The notes: generated by a model not told the origin, from the sequence alone. DNA of 64,000 bases from Candidatus Cloacimonadales bacterium (GCA_963663475.2 CAXXJV010000001.1:1312001-1376000), one strand, 5' to 3'; shown: positions 21,440 to 31,639, numbered from the stretch's first letter. Numbers and translations are program-made.

Positions 21440-21573
21440 GCCATATTATTTACTTCTTTCAGGATAAACTATTGAGAAGAATGGCTTGATGGTTGAACAG
21501 TCTTCATGCTAAGCATCAGGCCTTTGGAGGATAATTCTTGACTTATCTTTCCTCTTTAGATTTCTAGGATTAT

Positions 21574-21711
21574 GGGTGATGGAGTTCACCTAGAGACAAA
21601 CTTAAACTCAAATAATGGTCAAGCCCCAAAGGCAAGTAGGCATTATTTGGGATTAAAGACTAATTATCTTAAAATGTCTTTAACCGTCAATGACTGACTG
21701 ATGACTCCTAA
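21574..21711 (+). ncRNA. Fluoride (crcB-motif) riboswitch with ~90-nt insertion
   Basis: 5' GGTGATGGAGTTCACC (P1 with GATGGAGTT) and 3' TAACCG-hairpin-CTGATGACTCCTA (pseudoknot GGAGT/ACTCC) match the crcB consensus. Confidence 0.85.
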
Positions 21712-21743
21712 ACGAAGGGAAAACCTCCGTTTAGGAGTTTTTT
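21704..21743 (+). terminator. Riboswitch expression-platform terminator
   Basis: ACTCCTAAACG-AAGGGAAAACCTC-CGTTTAGGAGT + T-run; the 5' arm overlaps the aptamer pseudoknot strand. Confidence 0.85.
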
Positions 21744-21781
21744 ACCCTGATAGGATTAAGAATATAAGAATGGAGAAAAGT

Positions 21782-22960
21782 ATGGATATAAATCTGTTTA
21801 TTGTTATTATCTTGTTAGGTGGCTGGTTTATGGGAAGATTCTTTAATAAACTAAAATTACCTTCAGTACTAGGCATGTTAATCTGGGGAATTTCCTTTGC
21901 TTTTTTCTTCCCAGGAAAGATACCAAAAAGCATAGAAACAGCCCAACCATTCCTAAAATCATTCGCACTAATAGTAATATTGCTCAGGGCAGGTTTGGGT
22001 ATAAGTAAGAAGACTCTCAAACAAGTTGGTTTTACTGCTTTCTTAATGAGTTTTATTCCTTGCCTTTTTGAAGGAATTGCTCTGTTATTTCTTTTACATT
22101 TCTTCTTTGAATTTTCTTACCTAACAGCTGGTTTAACTGCCTTTATGCTATCAGCTGTTTCTCCTGCAGTCATAGTCCCTTCTATGCTTGATATCAAGGC
22201 TAAAGGAATTGGTGAAAAAAAACAAGTACCCACAATTGTATTAGCAGGAGCTTCTGTAGATGATGTCTTCGCAATTACTCTCTTCTCGGTATTCTTATCT
22301 TTACTAACTAAAACAAATCTTAATATTACTAAATCCTTAATGAATATACCACTTTCTATTATTATGGGTATAATTCCTGGAATAATTATTGGTTTTGCTT
22401 TAATTTATTACTTTAAAAAAAGAAAAGACCATATTAAGACTACAGAACAAACCCTAGTTCTATTAACAATTTCTATGTTGCTGGTAAGAGTAGGAGATCT
22501 TCTCCATAGCGCAGCTTTATTAGGTATAATGACTATTGGATTTATAATCTTAGAAAAAGCAGATAATATTGCCCATGATTTAGCAAGAAAACTAGCTCAA
22601 ATCTGGATTTTTGCAGAAATTATTCTCTTTGTATTAATAGGTTTATCTGTAGATGTAAAAGTCGCTTATAACTCGGGATTAATAGGATTACTGGTAATTT
22701 CACTAGGCCTTACTGCAAGATCTATAGGCGTATGGTTGGCTACTGCTTTTTCTGGGTTAAACAGAAAAGAAAGATTGTTTTGTATCTTTGCTTATCTACC
22801 TAAAGCCACAGTTCAAGCAGCCTTAGGCTCTGTTGCATTAAATGCAGGTCTAGCTCATGGACAAACAATTCTAGCCTTAGCAGTCCTAGCTATTTTATTT
22901 ACCGCTCCCCTTGGACTTGTCTTGATTAGATTATTTTCTAAGAAACTATTAGAAGACTAA
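21782..22960 (+). CDS. Cation:proton antiporter (Na+/H+ exchanger, NHA-like)
   Basis: ALIVILLRAGL, AVSPAVIVP.M, GASVDDV, EIILFVLIG and AYLPKATVQAA motifs; ATG 21782 after GGAG. Confidence 0.9.
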   Translation: MDINLFIVIILLGGWFMGRFFNKLKLPSVLGMLIWGISFAFFFPGKIPKSIETAQPFLKSFALIVILLRAGLGISKKTLKQVGFTAFLMSFIPCLFEGIALLFLLHFFFEFSYLTAGLTAFMLSAVSPAVIVPSMLDIKAKGIGEKKQVPTIVLAGASVDDVFAITLFSVFLSLLTKTNLNITKSLMNIPLSIIMGIIPGIIIGFALIYYFKKRKDHIKTTEQTLVLLTISMLLVRVGDLLHSAALLGIMTIGFIILEKADNIAHDLARKLAQIWIFAEIILFVLIGLSVDVKVAYNSGLIGLLVISLGLTARSIGVWLATAFSGLNRKERLFCIFAYLPKATVQAALGSVALNAGLAHGQTILALAVLAILFTAPLGLVLIRLFSKKLLED

Positions 22961-23039
22961 ACTCATGTAATAACAATCATGAAATTTGCTTTTTAAACAA
23001 AAATAGCTAGTATTTTACCAGAGAAAAGGAGAAAGTACA

Positions 23040-23507
23040 ATGAAAATAACTGAATTTGATAAAGCCCATGTTGTGAGTAATAAAAATAAACGAGTTGCTT
23101 TAGCAGTAGTAGAATTACCTGATGGCAAAGCTAATGTGATAACCCTAGAATGGTTTATGAAAACATCAATTAAACCTCCAATGTTTGCAATATCGGTTGG
23201 ACATGAAAGATATTCTCATGTGGCTTTGCAATCCAATAGATACTTCAACTTAGTTATTCCCTCTGTGGAAATGCGAGATGATGTAATTTTCTTTGGCACA
23301 AAATCTGGTAGATTGTTTGATAAGCTAGCTGAACGACAAGTAAAAAGTATTCCTGGTAAGTATAAGAAATTACCCATTATTGAAAATGCTGTAGCCAACT
23401 TCGAATGTAAAATAGTTACTCAAGTTAATTCTGGAGACCATACAATTTTTGTTGGTGAAGTTAAATATTCTTGGGTAGATGAAACTAAAGAGATTTTAAG
23501 TTTGTAA
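23040..23507 (+). CDS. Flavin reductase-like FMN-binding protein
   Basis: S.KPPMFAISV...RYSH, GTKSGR..DK and ECKIV...GDHTIFVGEV motifs. Confidence 0.88.
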   Translation: MKITEFDKAHVVSNKNKRVALAVVELPDGKANVITLEWFMKTSIKPPMFAISVGHERYSHVALQSNRYFNLVIPSVEMRDDVIFFGTKSGRLFDKLAERQVKSIPGKYKKLPIIENAVANFECKIVTQVNSGDHTIFVGEVKYSWVDETKEILSL

Positions 23508-23577
23508 ATTCATCTAGCTTATGGACTGATGGCATCCTTGCCATTAGCTAGTGGAAGCAGTAATATTTCCAATCCCC

Positions 23578-23607
23578 AAAAAAAAGAGGTTCCTAGGAAC
23601 CTCTTTA
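23578..23607. terminator. Terminator between convergent genes
   Basis: A-run + GAGGTTCCTAGGAACCTC + TTT. Confidence 0.7.
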
Positions 23608-23629
23608 TCTATTCTGAATATTATTTATT

Positions 23630-24799
23630 CTAGTTATTCTGACTCAACTCTTGATATTTCTTTGCATAATATTTATATTTATCATTATCTTTTAACTTTT
23701 GGGCAGCAAAAGCAGCAAACTGAGCAGGCATTTTATTAGTTCTATCTACAACAAACCATTTCTCAGAATAAGTTAAGAGATCTTCATACATCTCATTTTG
23801 ATATAAGAAGGTACAGAATGTTCTTAAGTTAGTTGGAGAAGCTTCAATTTCAATTAACTTTTTGCTGTATTCATAGATAGCATCATTATCTTCTAATAAT
23901 CTAGCGTAAAAGATTAAAGATTGATAGATGTCAACATTTTCAGGGATTAATTCATTAGCTTCTAACATTTTATCAAAAGCAGCTTGATGGTTACCCATTT
24001 TTTCTACTGTTGCAGCATAAAGATCATAATGATCATAATTGTAAGGATCTTGCTGAATTAAAATCTCAATTTGCTCTGCAGCTTCTTGATATTTTTCTAA
24101 AGCATAAAGTTGTTTTGCATATTGTGATCTGTAATCAAGATTAGTAGGTTCAATACGTACCCATTGTGAGAACATATAAAGCATTTCATTTTCAATTTTA
24201 CTAATTTCAACTTCATTTGGTTCTTCAGCTTTACTTAAAGCAATTTTTTCATTATTCAAAATTGATGTTAAGAATCTGTAAGGTTCAATATTATCAGGAT
24301 CTAATTCAATCAATTTGTAATATTTAGCTTTAATTTCATCAAGGTCACCTTGGTCATCATTAAGATAAGTTTCATACTCTTTATTAGCTAGAAGTAAGAT
24401 TCTGGCATTGATTGAATCAAGTTTTTTACGAGTATCTTTATACCATCTTCTTTGATCTCTGCTCATTTCTGTACGTGCTAAACCTTCTAATTGATTATAA
24501 ACAATTTGATATTTAGCATAAGCTTTTAAATAACTTTCATAAGCTATTCTGTCATTATTCTCAGCATTAAAAAAGTCAATATCAGCTAATTTTTTGTTAG
24601 TCTCTAAATGATTTGGATATTCTGCTAAAACTTCATTAAAAAAGACTTCTGCATTATCCAATAATTGTTGTGAATAATAGATATTTCCGTTTCTTAGAGC
24701 TCTTTTAGCTTTTGGACTAAGAGAGTCACTACTGTTAAAGATAGAACAGCCTGTAAACAAAATCGTAATTCCTATTAATACTAAAAAGTATTTCTTCAT
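23630..24799 (-). CDS. TPR-repeat lipoprotein
   Basis: Lipobox FTGC; helical TPR-like repeats (IELDPDN, IQQDPYN, NELIPEN). Confidence 0.8.
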   Translation of the reverse strand: MKKYFLVLIGITILFTGCSIFNSSDSLSPKAKRALRNGNIYYSQQLLDNAEVFFNEVLAEYPNHLETNKKLADIDFFNAENNDRIAYESYLKAYAKYQIVYNQLEGLARTEMSRDQRRWYKDTRKKLDSINARILLLANKEYETYLNDDQGDLDEIKAKYYKLIELDPDNIEPYRFLTSILNNEKIALSKAEEPNEVEISKIENEMLYMFSQWVRIEPTNLDYRSQYAKQLYALEKYQEAAEQIEILIQQDPYNYDHYDLYAATVEKMGNHQAAFDKMLEANELIPENVDIYQSLIFYARLLEDNDAIYEYSKKLIEIEASPTNLRTFCTFLYQNEMYEDLLTYSEKWFVVDRTNKMPAQFAAFAAQKLKDNDKYKYYAKKYQELSQNN

Positions 24800-25032
24800 G
24801 TAAATCCTCCACGATTACACTTTATTATTTAATTAAATTTTCTGTTAATTTAATAATTTAGCAAGTTAATAAAATTTCTAACACTCTTTTATCAAAAATC
24901 ACAATTTATTAAATATAGTCAAGAATTAAAATTAAAAGTATCTCCTTGCCAAAATTATTATAGGTCTTTTAATTGTTAACACATGCCTGCTACTTATGCT
25001 ATAAATACACTCAATAAAGGAGTTAGGAGTTA

Positions 25033-25455
25033 ATGATGATTAAAATTTCTGAAGAATTTAATGAAAATATTTTTTCTCAAATAATTGAATTATGGGAAAT
25101 AACTGCTATTGCTAATCCAGAAAGAGCTGATAAATATTTAAATATTGTTAAGACATTAAAACATGGGGGAAAGCTGTTTTCAATTATTTATAATAAGCAA
25201 ATAATAGCAACTTCTTGGGTAACTCATGACTTTAGACGAGCTTATATTCACCACATGGCTGTTCACCCTAAATACCAAAATCAAGCTTATGGAAGTATTA
25301 TATTAGCTAAGGCACTAGAATATTGTAAAACACTTGGTCTGCAAGCTAAATTAGAAGTCCACCAACACAATTATCATGCTCAAACTCTCTACAAAAAACA
25401 AGGCTTTAAACTTCTTGACGGTTATCAAGTCTATATTAAAAGGGATATAAAATAA
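25033..25455 (+). CDS. GNAT family acetyltransferase
   Basis: IHHMAVHPKYQNQAYGS acetyl-CoA motif and N..AQ.LYKK.GF. Confidence 0.88.
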   Translation: MMIKISEEFNENIFSQIIELWEITAIANPERADKYLNIVKTLKHGGKLFSIIYNKQIIATSWVTHDFRRAYIHHMAVHPKYQNQAYGSIILAKALEYCKTLGLQAKLEVHQHNYHAQTLYKKQGFKLLDGYQVYIKRDIK

Positions 25456-25473
25456 TCAAATCGAGGTGTAAAA

Positions 25474-26568
25474 ATGAATTTCTTTTTACCAACTAAAATA
25501 TTTTTTGGAAAAGATGCTTTTTTGAAAGCAGAGGCTGACTTAAAAAACATAGGGAAAAAAGCTTTAATTGTAACAGGACATTCTTCCGCTAAAAAGAGTG
25601 GTAGTCTAGACCAAACACTTGCCTTACTTAATAAGAATAATATTGCCTACGAAATTTATTCTGAGATTGCAGAGAACCCTAGTCTTATAAGCGTAAGAAA
25701 GGGTGTTGAAATCTGTCAAAGGTCAAACTGTGATTTTATTATAGGAATTGGTGGTGGTTCACCTATTGATGCGGCTAAGGCTATAGCAATGATAGTGGCT
25801 TCTCAAATTGATACTAGTGAAATATATCAATCAGAGAAATTTACTCAAGCTCTTCCTCTCGTAGCAGTAGCTATTACTTCTGGAACAGGTACTGAAGCAA
25901 CTCAATATAGTGTCTTAACTGATACTGAAAATCATACTAAAGCTGGTTTTGGCTCTCCTCTAGTTTTCCCTAAATTATCTATTTTAAATCCAGAATTTAC
26001 TTATTCTTTACCTGCGAAAGTAACTATCAATACTGCAATTGATGCTTTAAGTCATCTATTAGAAGGACTTTTCTCTAAGAATAGAAATCAACTAACTTTT
26101 CCTTTTATCTTCAAAGGAGTTAAACTTATAATTGCTAATCTTGAAAAGGCCATTGCTAATCCTTCAGATTATTCTGCTCGAGCTGGACTTATGCAAGCTT
26201 CTTTATATGGCGGTATAGTCATAGCTCATAGTGGAACAACTTTACAGCATTCCATTGGCTATCCTCTTACAACAAAATTTGGCACTCCTCATGGAATGGC
26301 TAATGGTATTGTTATGGAAGAAATTATGAAACTTTACTATCCACATATAACAAAAGAAATAGATGATTTAATGGAATATTTATCTTTAGATATGAATGAA
26401 TTTTTCGCCTGGTTAAAGAAATTTGATTTGAGCTTACAAGCAAAGCTAGATGAAGAATTAATAGACTATATGAGTCGTAAGGTAATGGAAACACGTAATA
26501 TGGCTTTAAATCCTCTTGTCGTAAGCTTAGAAGATGTTAAATCACTCTATCGTAAAATTAGTTTATAA
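25474..26568 (+). CDS. Iron-containing alcohol dehydrogenase
   Basis: PTKIFFG, IGGGSPIDAAKA, TSGTGTE, DALSHLLEG and H...HG.ANG motifs. Confidence 0.92.
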   Translation: MNFFLPTKIFFGKDAFLKAEADLKNIGKKALIVTGHSSAKKSGSLDQTLALLNKNNIAYEIYSEIAENPSLISVRKGVEICQRSNCDFIIGIGGGSPIDAAKAIAMIVASQIDTSEIYQSEKFTQALPLVAVAITSGTGTEATQYSVLTDTENHTKAGFGSPLVFPKLSILNPEFTYSLPAKVTINTAIDALSHLLEGLFSKNRNQLTFPFIFKGVKLIIANLEKAIANPSDYSARAGLMQASLYGGIVIAHSGTTLQHSIGYPLTTKFGTPHGMANGIVMEEIMKLYYPHITKEIDDLMEYLSLDMNEFFAWLKKFDLSLQAKLDEELIDYMSRKVMETRNMALNPLVVSLEDVKSLYRKISL

Positions 26569-26582
26569 TTAGGAAGTGATAA

Positions 26583-28499
26583 GTGGCTAAAATTGAATTA
26601 CTTGCTCCTGCCGGAAGTGAAGAGTCTCTCGTCGCAGCTGTTGAAGCTGCTTGTGATGCCATCTATCTTGGCTTAGCAAACTTTAATGCTAGATCCAGAG
26701 CCAAGAACTTCCAACTGCAACAAGTTCCACAAATCTTGGAATATTGCCATCAGCGTCAGGTAAAAGTCTATATAACATTAAATACCCTTATTAAAAATAA
26801 TGAAATTACAGACCTGGTTAAGATGTTATATAAACTTACCTCAGCAAATCCTGACGCTATCATTATCCAAGATTTAGGATTATTTTATCTCTTGCAAAAG
26901 CTCAATTTTAAACATATTCATTTCTCAACTCAAGCAGGAATTCATAACTCGCTAGGAGTAAAATTTGCTCAAGATAAAGGAGCAGAAAGGTCTATACTTG
27001 CTAGAGAATTAACTCTTACAGAGATAGAAAAAGCCTCGCAAGTAGGGGAGACTGAGATTTTTGTTCATGGTGCTCTTTGTTATTCTCTATCGGGAGCTTG
27101 TTTATTTTCAAGCTATCTTGGAGGTATGTCTGCTAATAGAGGAAAATGTAAACAGCCTTGCAGACGTGCTTTTAATCTAACTAAGAAGAAGAAGAGTCAT
27201 CTTTTTAGTTTAAAAGACCTTGAGTTGATTGATTATATTCCCCATTTAATCAAAGCAGGTGTAAAATCTTTAAAGATTGAAGGAAGGATGAAAAGGCCTG
27301 ACTATGTTAATCAGGTAGTAAGAGCTTATCGGATGGCTTTGGATAATACTGAGCAAGTAGATAGGGCTAAAGAAATTCTTAGTAAGGATTTTGGACGTAG
27401 TAAAACTCTCTACTTCATGGGAAATCAAGTCTCACAAGCTATCACTCAGGAACCTTTCGCAGGAATCTTTCTAGGTTATGCAAAACTAAGAGGGAATCAA
27501 CTTCTTTTTACCTCAAAGCCAGATGTTCATGCAGGAGATAAGCTCAAGTTATATTATGGTGAAGAAGATTCAAATACTTTTACTATTACTAAGATAAATG
27601 CTGATAATTCTCTAGAAATATCTGAGAAATTAGCCAACAATGAAAAAGTAGCAGTTTATCAAGTATCTTCCTTAGAAATCAAAACATCCAAGATTTCTTG
27701 GGGAAACACCTACCTACCAAATATTTCCAAAAGCCAAATAAAAGAATTAACAGCAATTGATAATTCTCATCAAAAGCTAAGAAAGGGTAAAAGACTTTTC
27801 ATAAGAGTCAAGTCTATAGCTGACATAGCCAACTTGCCTAAGCTTGCTTATCAGGTTAAGTATCTAGTAAGTTTAGATATCTTCCAGCAAAGACCAAGTA
27901 ACTTTCATAAGCAGGTAATATGGGAGCTTCCTCTCTTTATTCCTGAGAATGATTTATTAAAAAGTAAAGACTTGCTTAAAAAACTTTCTGATCTAGGCTA
28001 TCATGATTTTGCTATTAGTCATATTTCGCAAATTGATCTACTTCCAGCAAGAGCCAATATTTTAGCAAATGAAAATATCTATACAATGAATGACCTTGCT
28101 ATTAAGCAGATTAAAGAATGGGGCGTTTCTTCATATATTCTCCCTTTGGAAAATGATATCCCTAATCTAAATCATTATAGTTATAAGGATGGTATTATTC
28201 CAGTATTCTTTACTCCAGCTCTTTTTACTTCTCGTATGCCAGTAAAACAAGCTTTTATAAAGGATAATAAAAATGCTTATCAAATTCTCAGAAAAGGTAA
28301 ATTAACCTATACTTATTCCTTAGATAAGGTATGTATTTTTAGCTTTTTGAAGAAACTTAAGGATTTTAATAATTTCTTCTTAGACTTATCAACGCCAAAT
28401 ATCTCACCTGATGAATATTCTCAAATCTTTGAATATTTTAAGAAGGAAGATAATATCCCTAACACTAAGAAGTTTAATTTCAAGAAAGGTTTGTGGTAG
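26583..28499 (+). CDS. U32 peptidase family protein (RlhA/TrhP-like RNA hydroxylation)
   Basis: ELLAPAGS, EIFVHGALCYSLSGAC..SS..GG.SANRGKCKQPCR and SLKIEGRMK motifs. Confidence 0.88.
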   Translation: MAKIELLAPAGSEESLVAAVEAACDAIYLGLANFNARSRAKNFQLQQVPQILEYCHQRQVKVYITLNTLIKNNEITDLVKMLYKLTSANPDAIIIQDLGLFYLLQKLNFKHIHFSTQAGIHNSLGVKFAQDKGAERSILARELTLTEIEKASQVGETEIFVHGALCYSLSGACLFSSYLGGMSANRGKCKQPCRRAFNLTKKKKSHLFSLKDLELIDYIPHLIKAGVKSLKIEGRMKRPDYVNQVVRAYRMALDNTEQVDRAKEILSKDFGRSKTLYFMGNQVSQAITQEPFAGIFLGYAKLRGNQLLFTSKPDVHAGDKLKLYYGEEDSNTFTITKINADNSLEISEKLANNEKVAVYQVSSLEIKTSKISWGNTYLPNISKSQIKELTAIDNSHQKLRKGKRLFIRVKSIADIANLPKLAYQVKYLVSLDIFQQRPSNFHKQVIWELPLFIPENDLLKSKDLLKKLSDLGYHDFAISHISQIDLLPARANILANENIYTMNDLAIKQIKEWGVSSYILPLENDIPNLNHYSYKDGIIPVFFTPALFTSRMPVKQAFIKDNKNAYQILRKGKLTYTYSLDKVCIFSFLKKLKDFNNFFLDLSTPNISPDEYSQIFEYFKKEDNIPNTKKFNFKKGLW

Positions 28500-28535
28500 A
28501 TATTAGCTAAGAAATTCTAAGACTTACCTATTAAC

Positions 28536-28593
28536 CCAAATAGTGCAATAGACCTTCAGCGAAGTATTACTAAAGCTCTATTACACTATCTGG
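28536..28593. repeat. Short, internally deleted member of the 17293 element family; hairpin between convergent genes
   Basis: ccaaatagtgcaatagaccttcag ... ctaaagctctattacactatctgg. Confidence 0.6.
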
Positions 28594-28907
28594 ATTAATT
28601 GCTTAATGTATCTAAGCAAATACTTTAACCAAAGATAAACCAGTAAGGGAAAGATTATAACAATTCTTTTGTTATAGGCATATGCTGCAGGGAAGTTTAG
28701 ATGCATTATGGAGACAAGTGCTCTAGAAGTGCCACACCCCCAACAGTCCTTTCCAGTAAGATTTTTATAAATACAAAGACTGGGAGCCTTAGCTAAATGC
28801 CCTAGGGTAATCTGAGATAAAATAAGGGGAATTATGACTAGTAAAACTATAATTCCCAAAGCTTTAATTTTTCTAGAATCTGCGTACCAATAACCTGCCA
28901 TTACCAT
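28581..28907 (-). CDS. DUF2752 family membrane protein
   Basis: C..K.LTG.DCWGCG.SRA......F..A..YN motif; start codon uncertain. Confidence 0.75.
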   Translation of the reverse strand: MVMAGYWYADSRKIKALGIIVLLVIIPLILSQITLGHLAKAPSLCIYKNLTGKDCWGCGTSRALVSIMHLNFPAAYAYNKRIVIIFPLLVYLWLKYLLRYIKQLIQIV

Positions 28908-29280
28908 CTCTATAAGTATTAGTAACAATCAATATCACATCAATAATTACCCAAATACCACAACCACCAGCAGTTAGTAATTGCAGGATTCCAATTCCAA
29001 TCTGTTTTGTATAAAATCTATGCACACCAAAGGCCCCTAGGAAAATACATAGAAGTAGAGTAACCAACCAATCACACCCATCGTCCTGGGATATATAACG
29101 TAAGGTAATAATCTCATCTGCCTTATCAGTATCATAAACAACAAAATCAACTACCATACCTGTAACAGGTTCTTGATTGTCCCGCCAGTTCTCTCTAACA
29201 AAATAATAACGACTTCCATTATCTCCTGAAATAATCCCAGTATTGGTAGACCAATCATAATGTATTACTTTTCCTCGCAT
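28873..29280 (-). CDS. Cold-shock-like OB domain + TM2 domain protein
   Basis: MRGKV..Y...GII.GDNG.RYYF N-terminus; LLCIFLG.FGVHRFY...GI.QLLT.GGCGIW..ID TM2 motif. Confidence 0.85.
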   Translation of the reverse strand: MRGKVIHYDWSTNTGIISGDNGSRYYFVRENWRDNQEPVTGMVVDFVVYDTDKADEIITLRYISQDDGCDWLVTLLLCIFLGAFGVHRFYTKQIGIGILQLLTAGGCGIWVIIDVILIVTNTYRDGNGRLLVRRF

Positions 29281-29289
29281 TAAAAACTC

Positions 29290-30069
29290 CTATTTCTTTC
29301 TTACCTTGGCTGTTATTATATTTATTCCCTTGTCATCTTGTAAATAAAGCTCATCTTCAATTATTTCATACTGTTTGACTTTTCTTAAACTGTTAAAAAA
29401 CTTATTTTCTGTCTTAATATTAGGTCCTGCCATTTTTGTTGACATAACAGGTGTAAAGCTTAATTCATTTCCTACTAGATAATAAGAAGAACGATAAAAA
29501 TTACATCCTCCAAAGCCATATGCCTTGTTTTCATCACTTGCAAAATATATATTTAAATGATCATTATCACCTTGGGCTACAATATTTACAAAAGTATCAT
29601 TAAGTTTAATTATCTTCCACTCTCTTTCTAATAATATACCAGGAATCTTTGTTAAAATATAATTAGCTCTCTTATCAGTTGCTATATCTTTAGCTAGTTT
29701 CTTCCTAAAAACTAACCTCTCTTCTTCAACAGATAATATCGAGTCATAGGCTTCGTAATCACTCTGTAAAATTATTGAATTACCATCTTCTGACCAAACA
29801 AATCTGCCATTAATAGTCATTAATTTATCATCAGTTTTTAAGATTTTCTCCCTCTTAATAAAAGTGGAATCACTTTTTAACTCTATGTCAACAAAGATTT
29901 CTCTTTCATTACCCTCATTTGTTTCTTTAAGAACTCCTTGGTAAAATCCAAGCCAATCTAAAGAATTTCTGCTACTAGTAGCCTTCTCTTTCTCTTCATT
30001 CCCTCCACAGGCCATAATCAATAAGGAAACTAGTACAACATATATAAATTTCAGTTTAACAAAATTCAT
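29290..30069 (-). CDS. Lipoprotein with NlpE N-terminal and META domains
   Basis: Lipobox IMAC; SSRNSLDW.G.Y.G; C-terminal GFGGCN.Y...STKMA META motif. Confidence 0.82.
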   Translation of the reverse strand: MNFVKLKFIYVVLVSLLIMACGGNEEKEKATSSRNSLDWLGFYQGVLKETNEGNEREIFVDIELKSDSTFIKREKILKTDDKLMTINGRFVWSEDGNSIILQSDYEAYDSILSVEEERLVFRKKLAKDIATDKRANYILTKIPGILLEREWKIIKLNDTFVNIVAQGDNDHLNIYFASDENKAYGFGGCNFYRSSYYLVGNELSFTPVMSTKMAGPNIKTENKFFNSLRKVKQYEIIEDELYLQDDKGINIITAKVRKK

Positions 30070-30318
30070 TTTTCCACCTCTCTCTTTAAAATGATTAACT
30101 AAAAATAATCACTAGTATTTTTTTGTCAAACTTGATTTGGGTTAAAAGCAAATTAATTCTATAACACTAAATAATAAGTTCTAATAATATTTGTTTTTAG
30201 CCTACTGATAAGCTAGGGAAAAAATCAGTTAAAATAGGAAAATTTAAAATTTATCTTGACATAATTCCCCACTTTTGCAATTTGACAAAACGAATTTGTT
30301 AAAGATATTATAAAAATA

Positions 30319-30395
30319 GGACCTATAGCTCAGTTTGGTAGAGCTTCCGGCTCATAACCGGACGGTCGGGGGTTCGACTCCCTCTGGGTCCACCA
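30319..30395 (+). tRNA. tRNA with CAT anticodon, most likely tRNA-Ile2 (lysidine)
   Basis: GGACCTATAGCTCAG...CCGG-CTCATAA-CCGG...GGTCCACCA; G1-C72 paired so not initiator; resembles Ile2-type tRNAs. Confidence 0.85.
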
Positions 30396-30401
30396 CTTTT
30401 T

Positions 30402-30424
30402 AAGCCTGCTCAGCAGGCTTTTTC
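30402..30424 (+). terminator. Terminator after tRNA
   Basis: AAGCCTGCT-C-AGCAGGCTT + T-run. Confidence 0.8.
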
Positions 30425-30460
30425 TATTTGACCAAGAATTAGATTAGTAAGGATTGTATT

Positions 30461-31639
30461 TTGAAAATTATTATAAAAAAAGCCACTATTGATAAGTATA
30501 AGAAAGGATACCCTATTTTATCATCTAATTTCATTAATTACTCTTATAAAAATGAAGACCAAGGTAAAATTGTAGATTTAGTTGATTATAAGAAAAACTT
30601 TATTGCAAAAGCCTACCTAGGAAAGCAAAATAAAGGATTGGGTTGGGTATTCTCACATAAGCAAAATGCAACACTTGATAATAACTTTATCAAACATAAA
30701 ATCACAAAAGCAATTTCTTTAAGGTCAAATCTCTTTAATGATTGCCTCACAAATGCTTTCCGACTCTTTAATAGCTATGGAGATGGTATTGGAGGAATTA
30801 CTATTGATTACTTTGCTGGCTTCCTCGTCATAAATTGGTACAATAAGGGTATTCTTAAATATAAAGACATGATTATCCAAAATTTAATAAATAGTGGAAA
30901 GGCTAAAGGTATCTACCAAAAATTTAAATTTAGACATGAAAATACAAAAGAATATATAAATCATATTTATGGTGAAAAAACTCCCCATTCTTTCTTTATT
31001 CTTGAAAATGGAGTAAAATATTCTATCAATTTCGAAGATGGAGATATGGTTGGTATCTTCCTCGACCAAAGAGAAGTTAGAAATCTCTTAACTAGTAATT
31101 TTTCCCAAGAAAAAACAATTTTGAATACTTTTTCTTACACAGGAGCCTTTTCCATTGCAGGCCTTGCTGGTTTAGCGAAATCAACCACTAGCGTTGATCT
31201 GGCTAAAAGAAGTCTTCCTAAAACCCTAGATAATCTCAAACTTAATAACTTTCCCATAGAACAACAAGAGGTTATTGTGGAAGATGTTTTTAACTACTTC
31301 AAATACGCCTTAAGAAAAAAACTGCTTTTTGATATTCTTATTCTTGATCCTCCCTCTTTCGCAAAATCAAAAAAAAGAAATTTCTCAGTCCTTAACGATT
31401 ATTCAGCTCTAGTGCAAATGATTACCCCACTTGTAGCTAAAAATGGCTATATAATTGCCTCAACTAATAATAGTCAGCTTCCATTAGGCAAGTTCAAAGA
31501 AATGGTTGAAAATGGAATTGCCTACCATAATAGACACTTTGAAATTAAACAAATCTTCCGTCTTCCTCAAGACTTTTCTGTCAATCCAGCCTATCCCCAA
31601 GGAAACTATTTAAAAGTTCTTTTGCTTAAATTAGACTAA
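30461..31639 (+). CDS. rlmI: RlmI/YwbD-like SAM-dependent rRNA methyltransferase
   Basis: FRLFNS.GDG.GGITID, GIFLDQRE, LNTFSYTGAFS, DILILDPPSF and YLKV motifs. Confidence 0.78.
   Translation: MKIIIKKATIDKYKKGYPILSSNFINYSYKNEDQGKIVDLVDYKKNFIAKAYLGKQNKGLGWVFSHKQNATLDNNFIKHKITKAISLRSNLFNDCLTNAFRLFNSYGDGIGGITIDYFAGFLVINWYNKGILKYKDMIIQNLINSGKAKGIYQKFKFRHENTKEYINHIYGEKTPHSFFILENGVKYSINFEDGDMVGIFLDQREVRNLLTSNFSQEKTILNTFSYTGAFSIAGLAGLAKSTTSVDLAKRSLPKTLDNLKLNNFPIEQQEVIVEDVFNYFKYALRKKLLFDILILDPPSFAKSKKRNFSVLNDYSALVQMITPLVAKNGYIIASTNNSQLPLGKFKEMVENGIAYHNRHFEIKQIFRLPQDFSVNPAYPQGNYLKVLLLKLD

Noticed and set aside
21701-21781. N-terminal extension of the antiporter from ATG 21701
   Set aside because: It lies within the riboswitch and terminator; the RBS supports ATG 21782.
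30319-30395. tRNA as initiator Met or as the integration site for the cassette array
   Set aside because: G1-C72 is paired and the anticodon stem lacks three consecutive G-C pairs; I saw no duplicated tRNA 3' end or integrase downstream.
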